Below, one piece after another: positions 1 through 10,321 of a stretch of DNA of 64,000 nt. Source of the stretch: Thermodesulfobacteriota bacterium (GTDB lineage: Bacteria > Desulfobacterota_D > UBA1144). A program made the translations under genes and the position numbers. The notes under the pieces were generated by a model, which worked only from the letters and a program-made list of their open reading frames with translations, did not search any database and was not told where the DNA came from. Positions within the stretch are counted from its first letter, which is position 1, and every line of letters begins with the position of its first letter. The stretch covers positions 64,001 to 128,000 of the forward strand of contig JAYYZJ010000012.1 of the NCBI GenBank assembly GCA_036340075.1, in the 5' to 3' direction.

Positions 1-873
1 TACTTAGCTGCCGCTGTAATTGTTAACAACGGCGCACTAACATATGGTGGTTACTACTTCCCATATATCGAACAAAATAACATGGATATTGGTGGTGGTA
101 GATCAGAAATTGACATGGCATTAGCACTTTATAGTGCATATGTACAATGGAAAACTTCTGACTATATGTGGCATACAGAATATACAGGTGCTTACGGTGA
201 ATTGAGTTTAGCTAACGCTGACCAGTTAACTGTTACACGTAATAACTATGTTCTAATGTCTAGACTAGAACTTTACCCAACTGCTCCATTTAGTAAGATT
301 TTATTTGAAGCAGGTATGTCACCAGGTGACCAGTCTAATACATCAGCTGGTAACAACGACTACGAAGGTTCTATTGTTAGATTCAATGGTGCATATAACT
401 TAGACCAATTGCTATTTAAACACGTTATTCCTACTCTTTATCAAAGATCAGGAAGTGTTATAAATGCTAAGTACCTTAAAGGTGCGGTTGATTATGGCTT
501 AGCTAATGGTGATAACCTTAACTTAGCTGTAATTATGGCTTGGCATGAAAATGACAAACCAGCAGACCAAAGCTTAGGTGCTAACGCTGGTGGATCAGCA
601 GGTACTGCAGGTTCTCTAGACAAATTTATAGGTACTGAATATGAAGCTACTTATTCAACTAATTTAGTTGATGGTGTAGAACTTTCATTTATTGGTTCTT
701 ATATTGATGTAGGAAGTGGTTTGGAAGATGCTTTAATCGCACAAACCTATTCTAACTATTCAAAAGCAAGATCTAAGTCGTTACTAGAAACAGAAGGAAA
801 CATTTGGGCGTTTCAATCTAGATTATTAATCTTTATTGATGACTTCTTTAAAGCTCCTGCTGCAAGTAAGTAA
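1..873 (+). CDS. Outer-membrane beta-barrel protein (porin/alginate-export-like), 5' truncated by window edge
   Basis: The frame is open from base 1 (YLAAAVIVNNGALTYGGYYFPYIEQNNM...). It has alternating aromatic/polar beta-strands and a C-terminal GTEYEATYSTNLVDGVELSFIGSY pattern. Codon usage (ggt/gct/aac/tac) is typical of highly expressed genes, and a strong terminator follows. Confidence 0.65.
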   Translation, partial: YLAAAVIVNNGALTYGGYYFPYIEQNNMDIGGGRSEIDMALALYSAYVQWKTSDYMWHTEYTGAYGELSLANADQLTVTRNNYVLMSRLELYPTAPFSKILFEAGMSPGDQSNTSAGNNDYEGSIVRFNGAYNLDQLLFKHVIPTLYQRSGSVINAKYLKGAVDYGLANGDNLNLAVIMAWHENDKPADQSLGANAGGSAGTAGSLDKFIGTEYEATYSTNLVDGVELSFIGSYIDVGSGLEDALIAQTYSNYSKARSKSLLETEGNIWAFQSRLLIFIDDFFKAPAASK

Positions 874-893
874 CTCTTAGTTTAATTACTTTT

Positions 894-929
894 GGGAGTC
901 CTATGAAAATTAGGACTCCCTTTTTTTTT
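894..929 (+). terminator. Rho-independent terminator
   Basis: Perfect 10-bp stem GGGAGTCCTA / TAGGACTCCC with a 7-nt loop, followed by T9. Confidence 0.95.
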
Positions 930-951
930 ATAATCTGATAGATTAATAGTA

Positions 952-2463
952 ATGATTCGAAAGTTCTTGATAGTCTTTCTATTTTTTACCACTTCAGCAT
1001 TGTCTATTTCTTTAGATGATGCAATAACATACGCACTTCAAAACAATAGTAATATTAAACTTCAAGAAGCTGAAATAGAGCTAGAAAAAGGTTTAATTAA
1101 AGGAGCAAAAAGTCTCTACGATCCAAGTATAGGAATAGAATTTAATTATTCAGATGCAATCATACCAAGCACATCTGCTTTTGCCAAGAATAACGTAGTT
1201 AATGAGAATGTGACATATGCAAGTCTCGGCTTAGATGGATACTTGCCAACAGGCACTTATTATAAGATTTTTAATTTCGAAATTGATAAAACAGAAACCG
1301 ATCTAGGGTCAAGCGCTATTAGTCCACGATGGGATACAGATCTTAAATTTACACTCGGTCAAAATCTGCTAAAAGATTTCGGACCTAAAATTAATAATGC
1401 AAAGATTTTAATTGCACAAAGAAATTCTAAAATATCAAAAATAGAATTAGAAAGAGTAATTTCAAAAACTATTCTTGATGTAGAAAAGAAATATTGGAAT
1501 GCTGTGTACAGCAAAAAGAACTATGAACTTTCAAAATTGTCTTTAGACTTAGCGATAGATTTATTCAAGAAAAACGAAGTCGAAGTTGAACTAGGCACAC
1601 TACCTAAAATAGCTTTATTACAAACAAAGTCAGAAGTTGCCCTTAGAGAAACAGATTTGATTAAATCAGAAAATAAGTACAAAGAAGCGCTGGATTTATT
1701 GAAGATATCTATGTCGTTACCTATAACTGAGAAAATTGAAGTTGATTCAGATGTAACAATGAAAGCCTCAGCTAATTTAGATCCTGACAAGCTAGATACT
1801 ATTGCAATTAAAAACAGACCAGAATTAAAACAAGGTGCTATTTTATTAGAAAATTCTAATGAACTAGCAGAGTATTACTTTAATCAATTGTTGCCTGATT
1901 TTAATGTTGAGGCCACTTTGGGTTATACAGGATTAAGTGGTGAAAAAAATTCTGATTATTCATCAGCGATTCTAGGACAACCCAAGATTGCAAGTCGTTA
2001 TGATGGAAAATTTAGAGATTCCATTAACAATTTGGAAACTTTAGATAATCGTTATTGGAGTGTAGGAGCAAGTATCTCGATACCGTTAAACAATAACGCA
2101 GCTAAGGGACAATATGAGGAAGCAATTGCTACCAAAACTCAAAGATTGATAGAATTAGATAAAGTTCTTAATTCTATTAAATTCGAAGCACGAAAATCAT
2201 ATAGACAAGTTGCTTCAAGTATTAAAGAAGTAAAAGCATCTGAGTTAAATATTTCTTTGCATAAACAAATGCTAGAGATAGAAAAAGAATTATTTGAACT
2301 TGGAATGTCAAAAACACGAGATGTGCTTCAAGCACAAAGAGATTTAATTAAAGCTGAAACTCAATACAACAAAGCTCTAACAGATTACAATGTATCTCTG
2401 ACATCTTTAGACTATTCTCTTGGAACCTTGATTAAAGAAAAGAAAATTGTATTAGATGACTAA
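952..2463 (+). CDS. TolC family outer membrane efflux protein
   Basis: Signal peptide, ISLDDAITYALQNN start, two OEP-like repeats, 'NRPEL' and 'DVLQAQRDL' motifs. Confidence 0.9.
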   Translation: MIRKFLIVFLFFTTSALSISLDDAITYALQNNSNIKLQEAEIELEKGLIKGAKSLYDPSIGIEFNYSDAIIPSTSAFAKNNVVNENVTYASLGLDGYLPTGTYYKIFNFEIDKTETDLGSSAISPRWDTDLKFTLGQNLLKDFGPKINNAKILIAQRNSKISKIELERVISKTILDVEKKYWNAVYSKKNYELSKLSLDLAIDLFKKNEVEVELGTLPKIALLQTKSEVALRETDLIKSENKYKEALDLLKISMSLPITEKIEVDSDVTMKASANLDPDKLDTIAIKNRPELKQGAILLENSNELAEYYFNQLLPDFNVEATLGYTGLSGEKNSDYSSAILGQPKIASRYDGKFRDSINNLETLDNRYWSVGASISIPLNNNAAKGQYEEAIATKTQRLIELDKVLNSIKFEARKSYRQVASSIKEVKASELNISLHKQMLEIEKELFELGMSKTRDVLQAQRDLIKAETQYNKALTDYNVSLTSLDYSLGTLIKEKKIVLDD

Positions 2464-4028
2464 TGCTTAAAGTGACGAACACCAACAAAAATCATGGCAA
2501 TATCATTTTCATTGGCTGCTTCTATTACTTCATCATCTCTGATTGAGCCACCCGGTTGAACTATAGCTGTAATTCCTGCCTTTGCAGCTTCATCTATTCC
2601 ATCTCTGAAAGGGAAAAAAGCATCAGAAGCCATAACAGAATCTTTTGTTCCGTAGTAATCTTTAGCTTTAATTGTAGCTAATTGCACAGAATTAACTCTA
2701 TTCATTTGTCCAGCACCAATCCCAACTGTTTTGTTTTCTCTTGCAAAAACTATTGCATTCGACTTTACGTTCTTGCAAACTTTCCACGCTAACAATAATG
2801 TTTTAATCTCGTCCTCGGAAGGCGCTCTTTTTGTTGCTACCTTATAATCCACAAAGTCTTCTTCTGAAGTATTGTCAGCGTCTTGATAAAGAACCCCGCC
2901 TACAACCTTTTTTATATCCATTGATTTTTTAGCATCTTGCTTTATTGGTGGACTTTTAAGAACTCTAAGGTTCTTCTTTGATTTCAGAATTTCAAGTGCA
3001 TCCTCTGAATAGTCAGGGGCAATTAATACTTCAATAAAAGTATTTGTTATTTCTTTGGCTACCTCTTTATCTACAGTATTGTTAAATGCAACAATCCCAC
3101 CAAATGCACTTACAGGATCGCAGTCTCTAGCATCAATATATGCTTGTAATGTATTTTTATGTTCCGCAACTCCACAAGGATTGTTGTGTTTAACTATTAC
3201 GCAAGCATTAGAGTTGAATTCTTTTACAGTTTCAAAACAGGAATCAGCATCATAAATATTATTTAAGGATAATTCTTTACCTTGAAGCTGAACAGAGTTG
3301 GCAACACATGCTTCTGATATATTATCTTGAACAAAGAAAGATCCATCTTGATGAGGGTTCTCTCCATAACGTAAATCGTATGATTTTTGATAATGTAGTG
3401 TTAGGGTATCAGGCATTTTATTTTTAGAATTATCTAGATTTAATTTACCCAAGTGATTAGATATTGCGGCATCATATTTAGTTACATAAGCAAACGCCTT
3501 CTTTGCAAATTCATAATTTGTTTCTTTGTTGACATCAAGATTGTTTTTAGATATTTCTTTAATCACGGATTCATAATCTGAAGGATCAACAATTACCGTC
3601 ACATCTTGAAAGTTCTTTGATGCAGCCCTAACTATTGTGGGCCCCCCAATATCTATATTTTCTATAACCTCTTGAAAGCCAACATCTTCATTCTCTATAG
3701 TTTTTTCGAACGGATAAAAATTAACAATGACTAAATCAATAGGCTTTACAGATTCACTTTCAAGATCAATTTTATGCTGAGGATTTTCTCTAATAGCTAG
3801 AATTCCAGCATGAATTTTTGGATGAAGAGTTTTAACTCTCCCATCTAACATTTCAGGAAATCCAGTTATATCAGAGACATCTTTTACTTCAATACCTTTT
3901 TCCCTGAGGAATTTTGCTGTTCCACCGCTTGATATTATCTCTACTCCTCTATCAGAAAGCTCCTTAGCTATGATGTCGAGGTTAGATTTGTCCCAAACGC
4001 TGATTAATGCAGTTTTAATGATGCTCAT
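2460..4028 (-). CDS. purH: Bifunctional AICAR transformylase/IMP cyclohydrolase
   Basis: ALISVWDK, GRVKTLHP, ENIDIGGP, LRYGENPHQ, KHNNPCG, SDAFFPF and RHFKH motifs. Confidence 0.99.
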   Translation of the reverse strand: MSIIKTALISVWDKSNLDIIAKELSDRGVEIISSGGTAKFLREKGIEVKDVSDITGFPEMLDGRVKTLHPKIHAGILAIRENPQHKIDLESESVKPIDLVIVNFYPFEKTIENEDVGFQEVIENIDIGGPTIVRAASKNFQDVTVIVDPSDYESVIKEISKNNLDVNKETNYEFAKKAFAYVTKYDAAISNHLGKLNLDNSKNKMPDTLTLHYQKSYDLRYGENPHQDGSFFVQDNISEACVANSVQLQGKELSLNNIYDADSCFETVKEFNSNACVIVKHNNPCGVAEHKNTLQAYIDARDCDPVSAFGGIVAFNNTVDKEVAKEITNTFIEVLIAPDYSEDALEILKSKKNLRVLKSPPIKQDAKKSMDIKKVVGGVLYQDADNTSEEDFVDYKVATKRAPSEDEIKTLLLAWKVCKNVKSNAIVFARENKTVGIGAGQMNRVNSVQLATIKAKDYYGTKDSVMASDAFFPFRDGIDEAAKAGITAIVQPGGSIRDDEVIEAANENDIAMIFVGVRHFKH

Positions 4029-4113
4029 AGGATATGTATATTCTAATAGAAATTAGCAATATTTAAAGACCATGAGAAATGTTCTTTGTTATAATTAAGA
4101 TACCGAGGTAAAA

Positions 4114-4992
4114 ATGAAAGATGTTTTTTCTAACCTTTCGACTGAGAAAAGAAAAAAGGAATTAAAGACCGACAATAAGACATTTGCCGAATTAGTTGAT
4201 TCCTTTGTTGAAGAAGAAAGAACAATTAACACTGTTCTAAAAGCTAATTCAAAAAAGATTGCTCAAGCTTCAGAGGTTTTTTTCGATGTATTTACAAAAG
4301 GAGGAAGAATATTTTTTATTGGTGCAGGTACAAGTGGTAGGTTGGGAATACTTGAAGCTGCAGAATGCCCGCCAACATTTGGAACCTCACCGAAACAAAT
4401 TCAAGGTATTATCGCAGGAGGCAATAGGGCTATCTTAAAGGCTGTTGAAGGAGCGGAAGACTCTACGTCATCTTCAAAGAAAGATTTAATGGCTAAAAAA
4501 ATATCTCATAATGATCTTTTAATTGGTATTTCTGCCAGCGGGAAAACAAAATATGTTCTTTCAGGTATAAGTTATGCAAAAAAAGTTAAATCCCAAACAA
4601 TATTTATAACTTGTAATAAACAAACAAAGAAAATATCTAATATTGATATTGTCCTTAATGTGGGACCAGAAATTGTATCAGGATCAACAAGACTAAAATC
4701 TGGGACAATTACAAAAAATGTTTTAAATATTATTTCAACTGCAGCAATGATAAAAGCAGAAAAAATATTTATGAACTTAATGATAGATATAAAGCCAATA
4801 ACTGAAAAACTTAAAGCAAGAGCAATCAGGAATATCTCTATAATACTTAATATAAGTAGGACAGAAGCAATCAAATTATTAAAAAGAAGCAAGTGGAACA
4901 TAAGAGTAGGTATCTTTATGCATAAGAAGAAACTAAATTTTAAGGAGGCAGAACTTCTATCTAAGACTAAACCAATAAAGGAATTATTTTGA
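4114..4992 (+). CDS. murQ: N-acetylmuramic acid 6-phosphate etherase
   Basis: GAGTSGRLGILEAAECPPTFG, EGAED and GSTRLKSGT motifs. Confidence 0.96.
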   Translation: MKDVFSNLSTEKRKKELKTDNKTFAELVDSFVEEERTINTVLKANSKKIAQASEVFFDVFTKGGRIFFIGAGTSGRLGILEAAECPPTFGTSPKQIQGIIAGGNRAILKAVEGAEDSTSSSKKDLMAKKISHNDLLIGISASGKTKYVLSGISYAKKVKSQTIFITCNKQTKKISNIDIVLNVGPEIVSGSTRLKSGTITKNVLNIISTAAMIKAEKIFMNLMIDIKPITEKLKARAIRNISIILNISRTEAIKLLKRSKWNIRVGIFMHKKKLNFKEAELLSKTKPIKELF

Positions 4993-5013
4993 AGATAGAA
5001 AATTAATATTTAT

Positions 5014-6129
5014 ATGAAAATAATTGGAGTTAATTCAGGGACATCAGCCGATGCACTCGATATCTGTCTTGCTGAATTTAATAATGAATCTATAAAACTT
5101 TTATATGCTAGCACATTCAAATACCCAACAGTCCTTAGACAAGAAATTCTCAACTCAGGTCCAAACTCAAAAATATATGATATTGAAAGTTTAAATTTAA
5201 AATTAGGTGATTTCGTATCAAAAAAAATAAACTTTTTTTTAAAAAAGAATGATTTGTTAAGTAAGCACATAGATGCAATTGGTTTACATGGCCAAACAAT
5301 ACACCATTCTCAAGATTTAAATAGAACCGTATCTGTTCAAATAACTGAAGCAGACTTAGTAGCTCAATCAACAGGGATATTAACTATTTTTGATTTCAGA
5401 AAAAAAGATATAGTAGCAGGTGGCACTGGTGCTCCACTTATTCCAATTTTAGATTATTATCTCTTTCCAAAAATCGAAAAACCTTTTATTTGTCAAAACT
5501 TAGGAGGAATTGCAAATGCTACTTTAGTAGAGAGTACTCTGTCCCGTTGTATAGGATATGATTCTGGGCCAGCTAATACATTGATAGACAAGGCAATTCA
5601 ATTAAGAACAAAAGGCACCACCTTTTATGATCAAAACGGAGCAATGGCAAGTAAAGGAAATGTGAACAATGAATTATTAAAAAAAATTCTCTCACACCCA
5701 TATTTTAGGATTCTTCCACCTAAATCAACAGGAAATAGAGAATTTGGGATAGAATATGCTAACAATTTATATAAATATTCATTAAAAAAGAAAATTAAAT
5801 TTAATGATTTGTTAGCAACACTATCGATGGTTACAGTGGAATCTATAGCAAGCTCATATGAAAATTTCATTTTTCCTATTTCATCCCCTAAATTAGTTAT
5901 CATGTCCGGAGGAGGAGTTAAAAACAGATTCATTGTTTCTCAGCTTAAGAAAAGACTACCTCAACTTGAATTTTCTATATCTGACAATCTAAAGGTTCCA
6001 GCCAAATATAAAGAGTCAATATTATTTGCTCTTCTTGCTTTTTTAAGATTAAAAAATAAAAGATTGAATCTTAAAAATTTAACTGGCTCCAAAGAGCTAA
6101 TACTTTTGGGTAAAATCGCTAAACCATAG
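5014..6129 (+). CDS. anmK: Anhydro-N-acetylmuramic acid kinase
   Basis: SGTSADALD, HGQT, DFRKKDIVAGGTGAPL, NLGGIAN, DSGPAN and PPKSTG motifs. Confidence 0.96.
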   Translation: MKIIGVNSGTSADALDICLAEFNNESIKLLYASTFKYPTVLRQEILNSGPNSKIYDIESLNLKLGDFVSKKINFFLKKNDLLSKHIDAIGLHGQTIHHSQDLNRTVSVQITEADLVAQSTGILTIFDFRKKDIVAGGTGAPLIPILDYYLFPKIEKPFICQNLGGIANATLVESTLSRCIGYDSGPANTLIDKAIQLRTKGTTFYDQNGAMASKGNVNNELLKKILSHPYFRILPPKSTGNREFGIEYANNLYKYSLKKKIKFNDLLATLSMVTVESIASSYENFIFPISSPKLVIMSGGGVKNRFIVSQLKKRLPQLEFSISDNLKVPAKYKESILFALLAFLRLKNKRLNLKNLTGSKELILLGKIAKP

Positions 6130-6133
6130 AACC

Positions 6134-7081
6134 ATGAAAAATTTATCAAATTTAATAGTGCCAAGAATAAATGTAAATTCGGATTCCTCTATTAATGAAA
6201 CTATAGGTTTAATTCAGGAATTTGATTTTAATGCTTTTATTCTTTTTGCAACTGAAAAGGTAGTATTCAAAGAAGAGTCAAAATTTTCTCTAGAAAGACT
6301 TAATTATACTAGGGAACAATTAGAAAAAAATTCTGATAAAGATATCTTGTTTTTTATTGACGCTGAAAATGGACTAGGACATAGATGTAGTGATTATAAT
6401 GAATTACCAAGAATGGAGTTCAATGAGATTAATTTAGAATTATATGAAAACCAAATATCTTTTAATTTAGCTCCAGTGGTTGATATAAACGAATTTCGAG
6501 AAAAGATCTTGGAAGAAAGATGTTATTCCAATAATCCAAAGGAAGTTACGAAGATTGCTAATCTTTTTATAGAGGCAGCATATTCTAACAATGTCATACC
6601 TTGTATTAAACATTTTCCTGGCCATGGTGCTGCCAAAGGTGATACGCATACTCAAATTGTTAATTCAGATTTAAGTTTGGATAGAATAAATTCTACACAT
6701 CTTAAACCTTTTTTAGATTTAATTGACAAGGTTGAGCTAATCATGATGAATCATGTACATTATTCATCAATAGATACTGAGAGCGTTCCTGCATCAATGT
6801 CGAAGAACATAATGGATATTTTAAGAAACCAAAACTATAAAGGCATAATTATTTCTGACTCCATTAGGATGGGAGGAATTGCTAATCAATACACTCAAGA
6901 AAAGATTATAGAAGAATTTATTTTAAATGGAGGAGACTTAATTCTAGATCCCTTAAATCCAAAAGATGCAATAGCAATATTAAATAAAATCTACAAAGCA
7001 GGAAATGAAGACGTTATTGAAAACAAAATTAATCTGATTGATGATTTAAAATCAAAAGCGATTCAATATTTAGCAAGATGA
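6134..7081 (+). CDS. nagZ: GH3 beta-N-acetylhexosaminidase (NagZ-like)
   Basis: NLAPVVD, KHFPGHGxxxxDTH Asp-His dyad motif, and IISDSIRM nucleophile region. Confidence 0.9.
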   Translation: MKNLSNLIVPRINVNSDSSINETIGLIQEFDFNAFILFATEKVVFKEESKFSLERLNYTREQLEKNSDKDILFFIDAENGLGHRCSDYNELPRMEFNEINLELYENQISFNLAPVVDINEFREKILEERCYSNNPKEVTKIANLFIEAAYSNNVIPCIKHFPGHGAAKGDTHTQIVNSDLSLDRINSTHLKPFLDLIDKVELIMMNHVHYSSIDTESVPASMSKNIMDILRNQNYKGIIISDSIRMGGIANQYTQEKIIEEFILNGGDLILDPLNPKDAIAILNKIYKAGNEDVIENKINLIDDLKSKAIQYLAR

Positions 7082-8805
7082 ATTTAGACTTTTTTACAGT
7101 TTTATCAGATTTTGATTTAGCAATAATTGCAGCCTATTTAATTCTTTCTTGTTTAATTGGGATTTATCTTAAGAAGCAAGCTTCGAAGAATTTGAATTCA
7201 TATTTTGTATCTGGAAAAAACCTTCCTTGGTGGCTACTGGGAACTTCTATGGTCGCAACTACACTTTCTATAGATACTCCTATAGTGGTTATTTCTTGGA
7301 TAAGAGATCCAGGTATTTGGAAAAACTGGTTTTGGTGGTCATTTCTTTTTACGCATTGTCTTGTAATATTCTTTTTTTCAAAATATTGGAGGAGAGCTGA
7401 TGTAATAACCGACAACCAACTTATTGAGATTCGATACTCAGGAACCCCGGCCAAATACTTAAGGATATTTAAGGCATTTTATTTTTCTACTTTTTTTAAT
7501 CTTGTAATTGCAGGTTGGATTATTAGCGCATTTTTAAAAATTTTTAATACTATACTAGGTTTTGATAGTACATTATTATTGGTAATAGTTACTTTTGTTG
7601 CTCTATTCTACACAACATCTTCTGGGTTAAAAGGAGTTGTAATTAATGATTTTATTCAATATTTTATTGCATTCGTAGGATCAATTATTCTTGCCGTTTG
7701 CTTAATTAATTCACCAGAAATCGGTGGGATTAATAATTATTTTCAATTAGTTAAGAACATACCGGAAGAGAAACTTATGATGATTCCTTCATTGTTTGGA
7801 AATGATGATTTTATGACTTTTCTGATTTATGGAACAATTGTTTGGTGGTCTTCTCATAATTCAGATGGAGGAGGGTATATAATTCAAAGATTATGTTCCG
7901 CAAGATCAGAGAAAGATGGAGCACTAGGATCAATTTGGTTTGTTTTGAATCATTATGTTTTAAGATTCGCACCTTGGCTTCTTATCGGCATCTGTACTTT
8001 GATAATTTTCCCATTACCTGATAGTGGAAATATAGACAATGAAACTATGTATCCACTTTTAATTAGAGACTATGTAGAAGGTGGTTTAAGGGGATTCTTG
8101 ATAGTTACTTTATTGGCTGCGTATATGTCAACAATTAGTACTCAGGTGAATTGGGGCTCTTCTTATTTGATAAATGATTTGTATAAGAGATTTTATAAAA
8201 AAAATGAGTCTGAATCACACTATGTTTATATGTCAAAAGTTTTTACAGTATTGTTTCTTTTTATTGCGTTAATGGTAGGTCTCTATATAGACAATATAGG
8301 AAAAGCTTGGGTATTGCTCTGGAGTGTTAGTTCGGGACTTGGCTTTTTCTTAATTGCCAGATGGTTCTGGTGGAGAATTAACTCTTGGTCAGAAATCTCA
8401 GCTCTTGTGTCCTCAGTTTTATTTAGCATAGGGTTTTATCTTTTAGATGCATTTGAGATTGTAACAATAAGTTTTTTTAGTAAAATTCTTATAATTCCTT
8501 TTTCAATCTTGATTGGATTATGTGTGACACTATTTACGAAACCAGAAAGTCATGAAACATTAGAAAGATTTTACAACAAAATTAATCCCGCAGGCTGTTG
8601 GGGCTTTAATAAGAAATCTAAAGAATTAAAAAAAGAAAAAATTCTATATCCTTTAATTCAATCAGCTTTTCTTGCAAGCTCTATTTTGTTTATGATTTAC
8701 GGGTTGATTAAATTTATTTCAGGGGAATTAACCCTTTCATTAATTTCATTTGTTGTGGGGATGTTAATTCTAATTGTATTAACACGGAAGATTTATTTGT
8801 CTTAG
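7078..8805 (+). CDS. Sodium:solute symporter (SSS family), probable amino-sugar/muropeptide-sugar importer
   Basis: YFVSGKNLPWWLLGTSMVATT, ELRY-like 'EIRYSG', YIIQR, LLAAYMST and WWRIN motifs; multiple TM helices; overlaps the nagZ stop. Confidence 0.9.
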   Translation: MNLDFFTVLSDFDLAIIAAYLILSCLIGIYLKKQASKNLNSYFVSGKNLPWWLLGTSMVATTLSIDTPIVVISWIRDPGIWKNWFWWSFLFTHCLVIFFFSKYWRRADVITDNQLIEIRYSGTPAKYLRIFKAFYFSTFFNLVIAGWIISAFLKIFNTILGFDSTLLLVIVTFVALFYTTSSGLKGVVINDFIQYFIAFVGSIILAVCLINSPEIGGINNYFQLVKNIPEEKLMMIPSLFGNDDFMTFLIYGTIVWWSSHNSDGGGYIIQRLCSARSEKDGALGSIWFVLNHYVLRFAPWLLIGICTLIIFPLPDSGNIDNETMYPLLIRDYVEGGLRGFLIVTLLAAYMSTISTQVNWGSSYLINDLYKRFYKKNESESHYVYMSKVFTVLFLFIALMVGLYIDNIGKAWVLLWSVSSGLGFFLIARWFWWRINSWSEISALVSSVLFSIGFYLLDAFEIVTISFFSKILIIPFSILIGLCVTLFTKPESHETLERFYNKINPAGCWGFNKKSKELKKEKILYPLIQSAFLASSILFMIYGLIKFISGELTLSLISFVVGMLILIVLTRKIYLS

Positions 8806-8808
8806 TTT

Positions 8809-9132
8809 TTAAACTGCGAAGGAATCGCCGCAACCACATCTTGCAGTTGCATTTGGATTTTCTATACCAAATCCTGAACCGTTAATACCATCAGTGAAAT
8901 TTAAAACCCCGCCATTTAAATGTTCAAAGCTAAATTTATCAATTACAACTTTTACGTTTAACTTGTCAAAAACCTGATCTGACTCATCTATTTCATCGTC
9001 AAAACCCATTTCATAAGAAAAACCTGAACATCCACCTGGAACTACTCTAATTCGAAGAAAAGCATTTTCCATTTCTTCGTCTTTCAATAGTCTGTCTATC
9101 TCTTTAGCTGCTTTATCACTTACATTAAACAT
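8809..9132 (-). CDS. erpA: A-type Fe-S cluster carrier (ErpA/IscA family)
   Basis: GGCSGFSY and NPNAxxxCGCGxSF motifs. Confidence 0.9.
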   Translation of the reverse strand: MFNVSDKAAKEIDRLLKDEEMENAFLRIRVVPGGCSGFSYEMGFDDEIDESDQVFDKLNVKVVIDKFSFEHLNGGVLNFTDGINGSGFGIENPNATARCGCGDSFAV

Positions 9133-9168
9133 AGTTATTATCTTAAATAAAAGTCAATCTCTTATCAA
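9133..9168 (-). promoter_or_regulatory. Putative sigma70 promoter giving a leaderless erpA transcript
   Basis: TTGATA-17nt-TAAGAT-7nt-ATG on the minus strand. Confidence 0.55.
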
Positions 9169-9210
9169 CAATTTTTTCTTTATGAATAAATCCTGTATAT
9201 TAGTCAATAA

Positions 9211-10320
9211 ATGAAAGTAGCAAAACTAATATACGATGATACAAAAAATTCATCCGACCTATTATATAGGACTTCTTTTAAGGCCCCAGATCCAGTATTA
9301 TTTTTTGAATTTAATAACAAAAAATATCTTGTATTAAATGATTTAGAACTAGAAAGAGGCAAGAAACAAGCAAAAGTAGATCAAATTTTACCATTAAATG
9401 AGATTTCTAGAACTATAAAAAGTAACAATATAGAGAAAATAATTTTTCATTTGTTAAGACAATTCAAGATTAAAAAAATAGAAGTTCCATATAATTTTCC
9501 TGCATTTATTTATCAAGGATTGTTAAAGAAAAAAATTAAAGTAGTGCCTTCAAAATCACCAATCTTTTTTTCTTCTCGAATCATTAAATCTAAAACAGAG
9601 ATTCAAAATATTACTAAAGTTATGAGATGTGCAGAAAAAGCAATGAAAGCAGTAATTGATAAAATAAAATATTCAAAATCCAGAAATAAAATTTTACGTA
9701 TTGATGGAAAAATAGTTAGTTCAGAATTTCTAAAAGATGTATGTCAAAAAGAATTGTTATCTTTTGGACTTGAGTGTCCAGATTGTATTATTTCATCTGG
9801 CCCTCATTCATCGCTTCCTCACCATTCAGGAAGTGGACCAATAAAAGAAAGCCAGCCAATAATCATTGATATTTTTCCTAGAGATTTAAATACTGGTTAT
9901 TTTGGAGATATGACTAGAACAGTAGTTAAAGGAGCTCCAAGTAAAAAATTGTACGATATGTACAGAGCAGTTTTAAAGGGTCAGAAATTAGGATTGTCTT
10001 TAATTAAATCTGGTGCAAAGGGTAAGACTATACATAATTCTATTAACAATCTCTTTATTAATCTTGGATTTGATTCTAAATATATAAAAGGCAGTCCAGA
10101 AGGCTTTATTCATTCTACAGGACATGGCCTAGGATTAGATATACATGAGCCCCCACGAATATCTACGGGAGATGATGTATTGAAAAAAAATTATGTGGTA
10201 ACAGTAGAACCAGGTTTGTATTATAGTAATATTGGGGGAGTTAGAATAGAAGATACGGTTTTGATTACTAATGATGGATTTAAAAATTTAACAAAATTTT
10301 CAAAGAATTTAAAACTTTAG
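9211..10320 (+). CDS. Xaa-Pro aminopeptidase/dipeptidase (M24 family)
   Basis: IIIDIFP, GDMTRT, HSTGHGLGLDIHE, TVEPGLY and GGVRIED metal ligands. Confidence 0.95.
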   Translation: MKVAKLIYDDTKNSSDLLYRTSFKAPDPVLFFEFNNKKYLVLNDLELERGKKQAKVDQILPLNEISRTIKSNNIEKIIFHLLRQFKIKKIEVPYNFPAFIYQGLLKKKIKVVPSKSPIFFSSRIIKSKTEIQNITKVMRCAEKAMKAVIDKIKYSKSRNKILRIDGKIVSSEFLKDVCQKELLSFGLECPDCIISSGPHSSLPHHSGSGPIKESQPIIIDIFPRDLNTGYFGDMTRTVVKGAPSKKLYDMYRAVLKGQKLGLSLIKSGAKGKTIHNSINNLFINLGFDSKYIKGSPEGFIHSTGHGLGLDIHEPPRISTGDDVLKKNYVVTVEPGLYYSNIGGVRIEDTVLITNDGFKNLTKFSKNLKL

Positions 10321-10321
10321 T

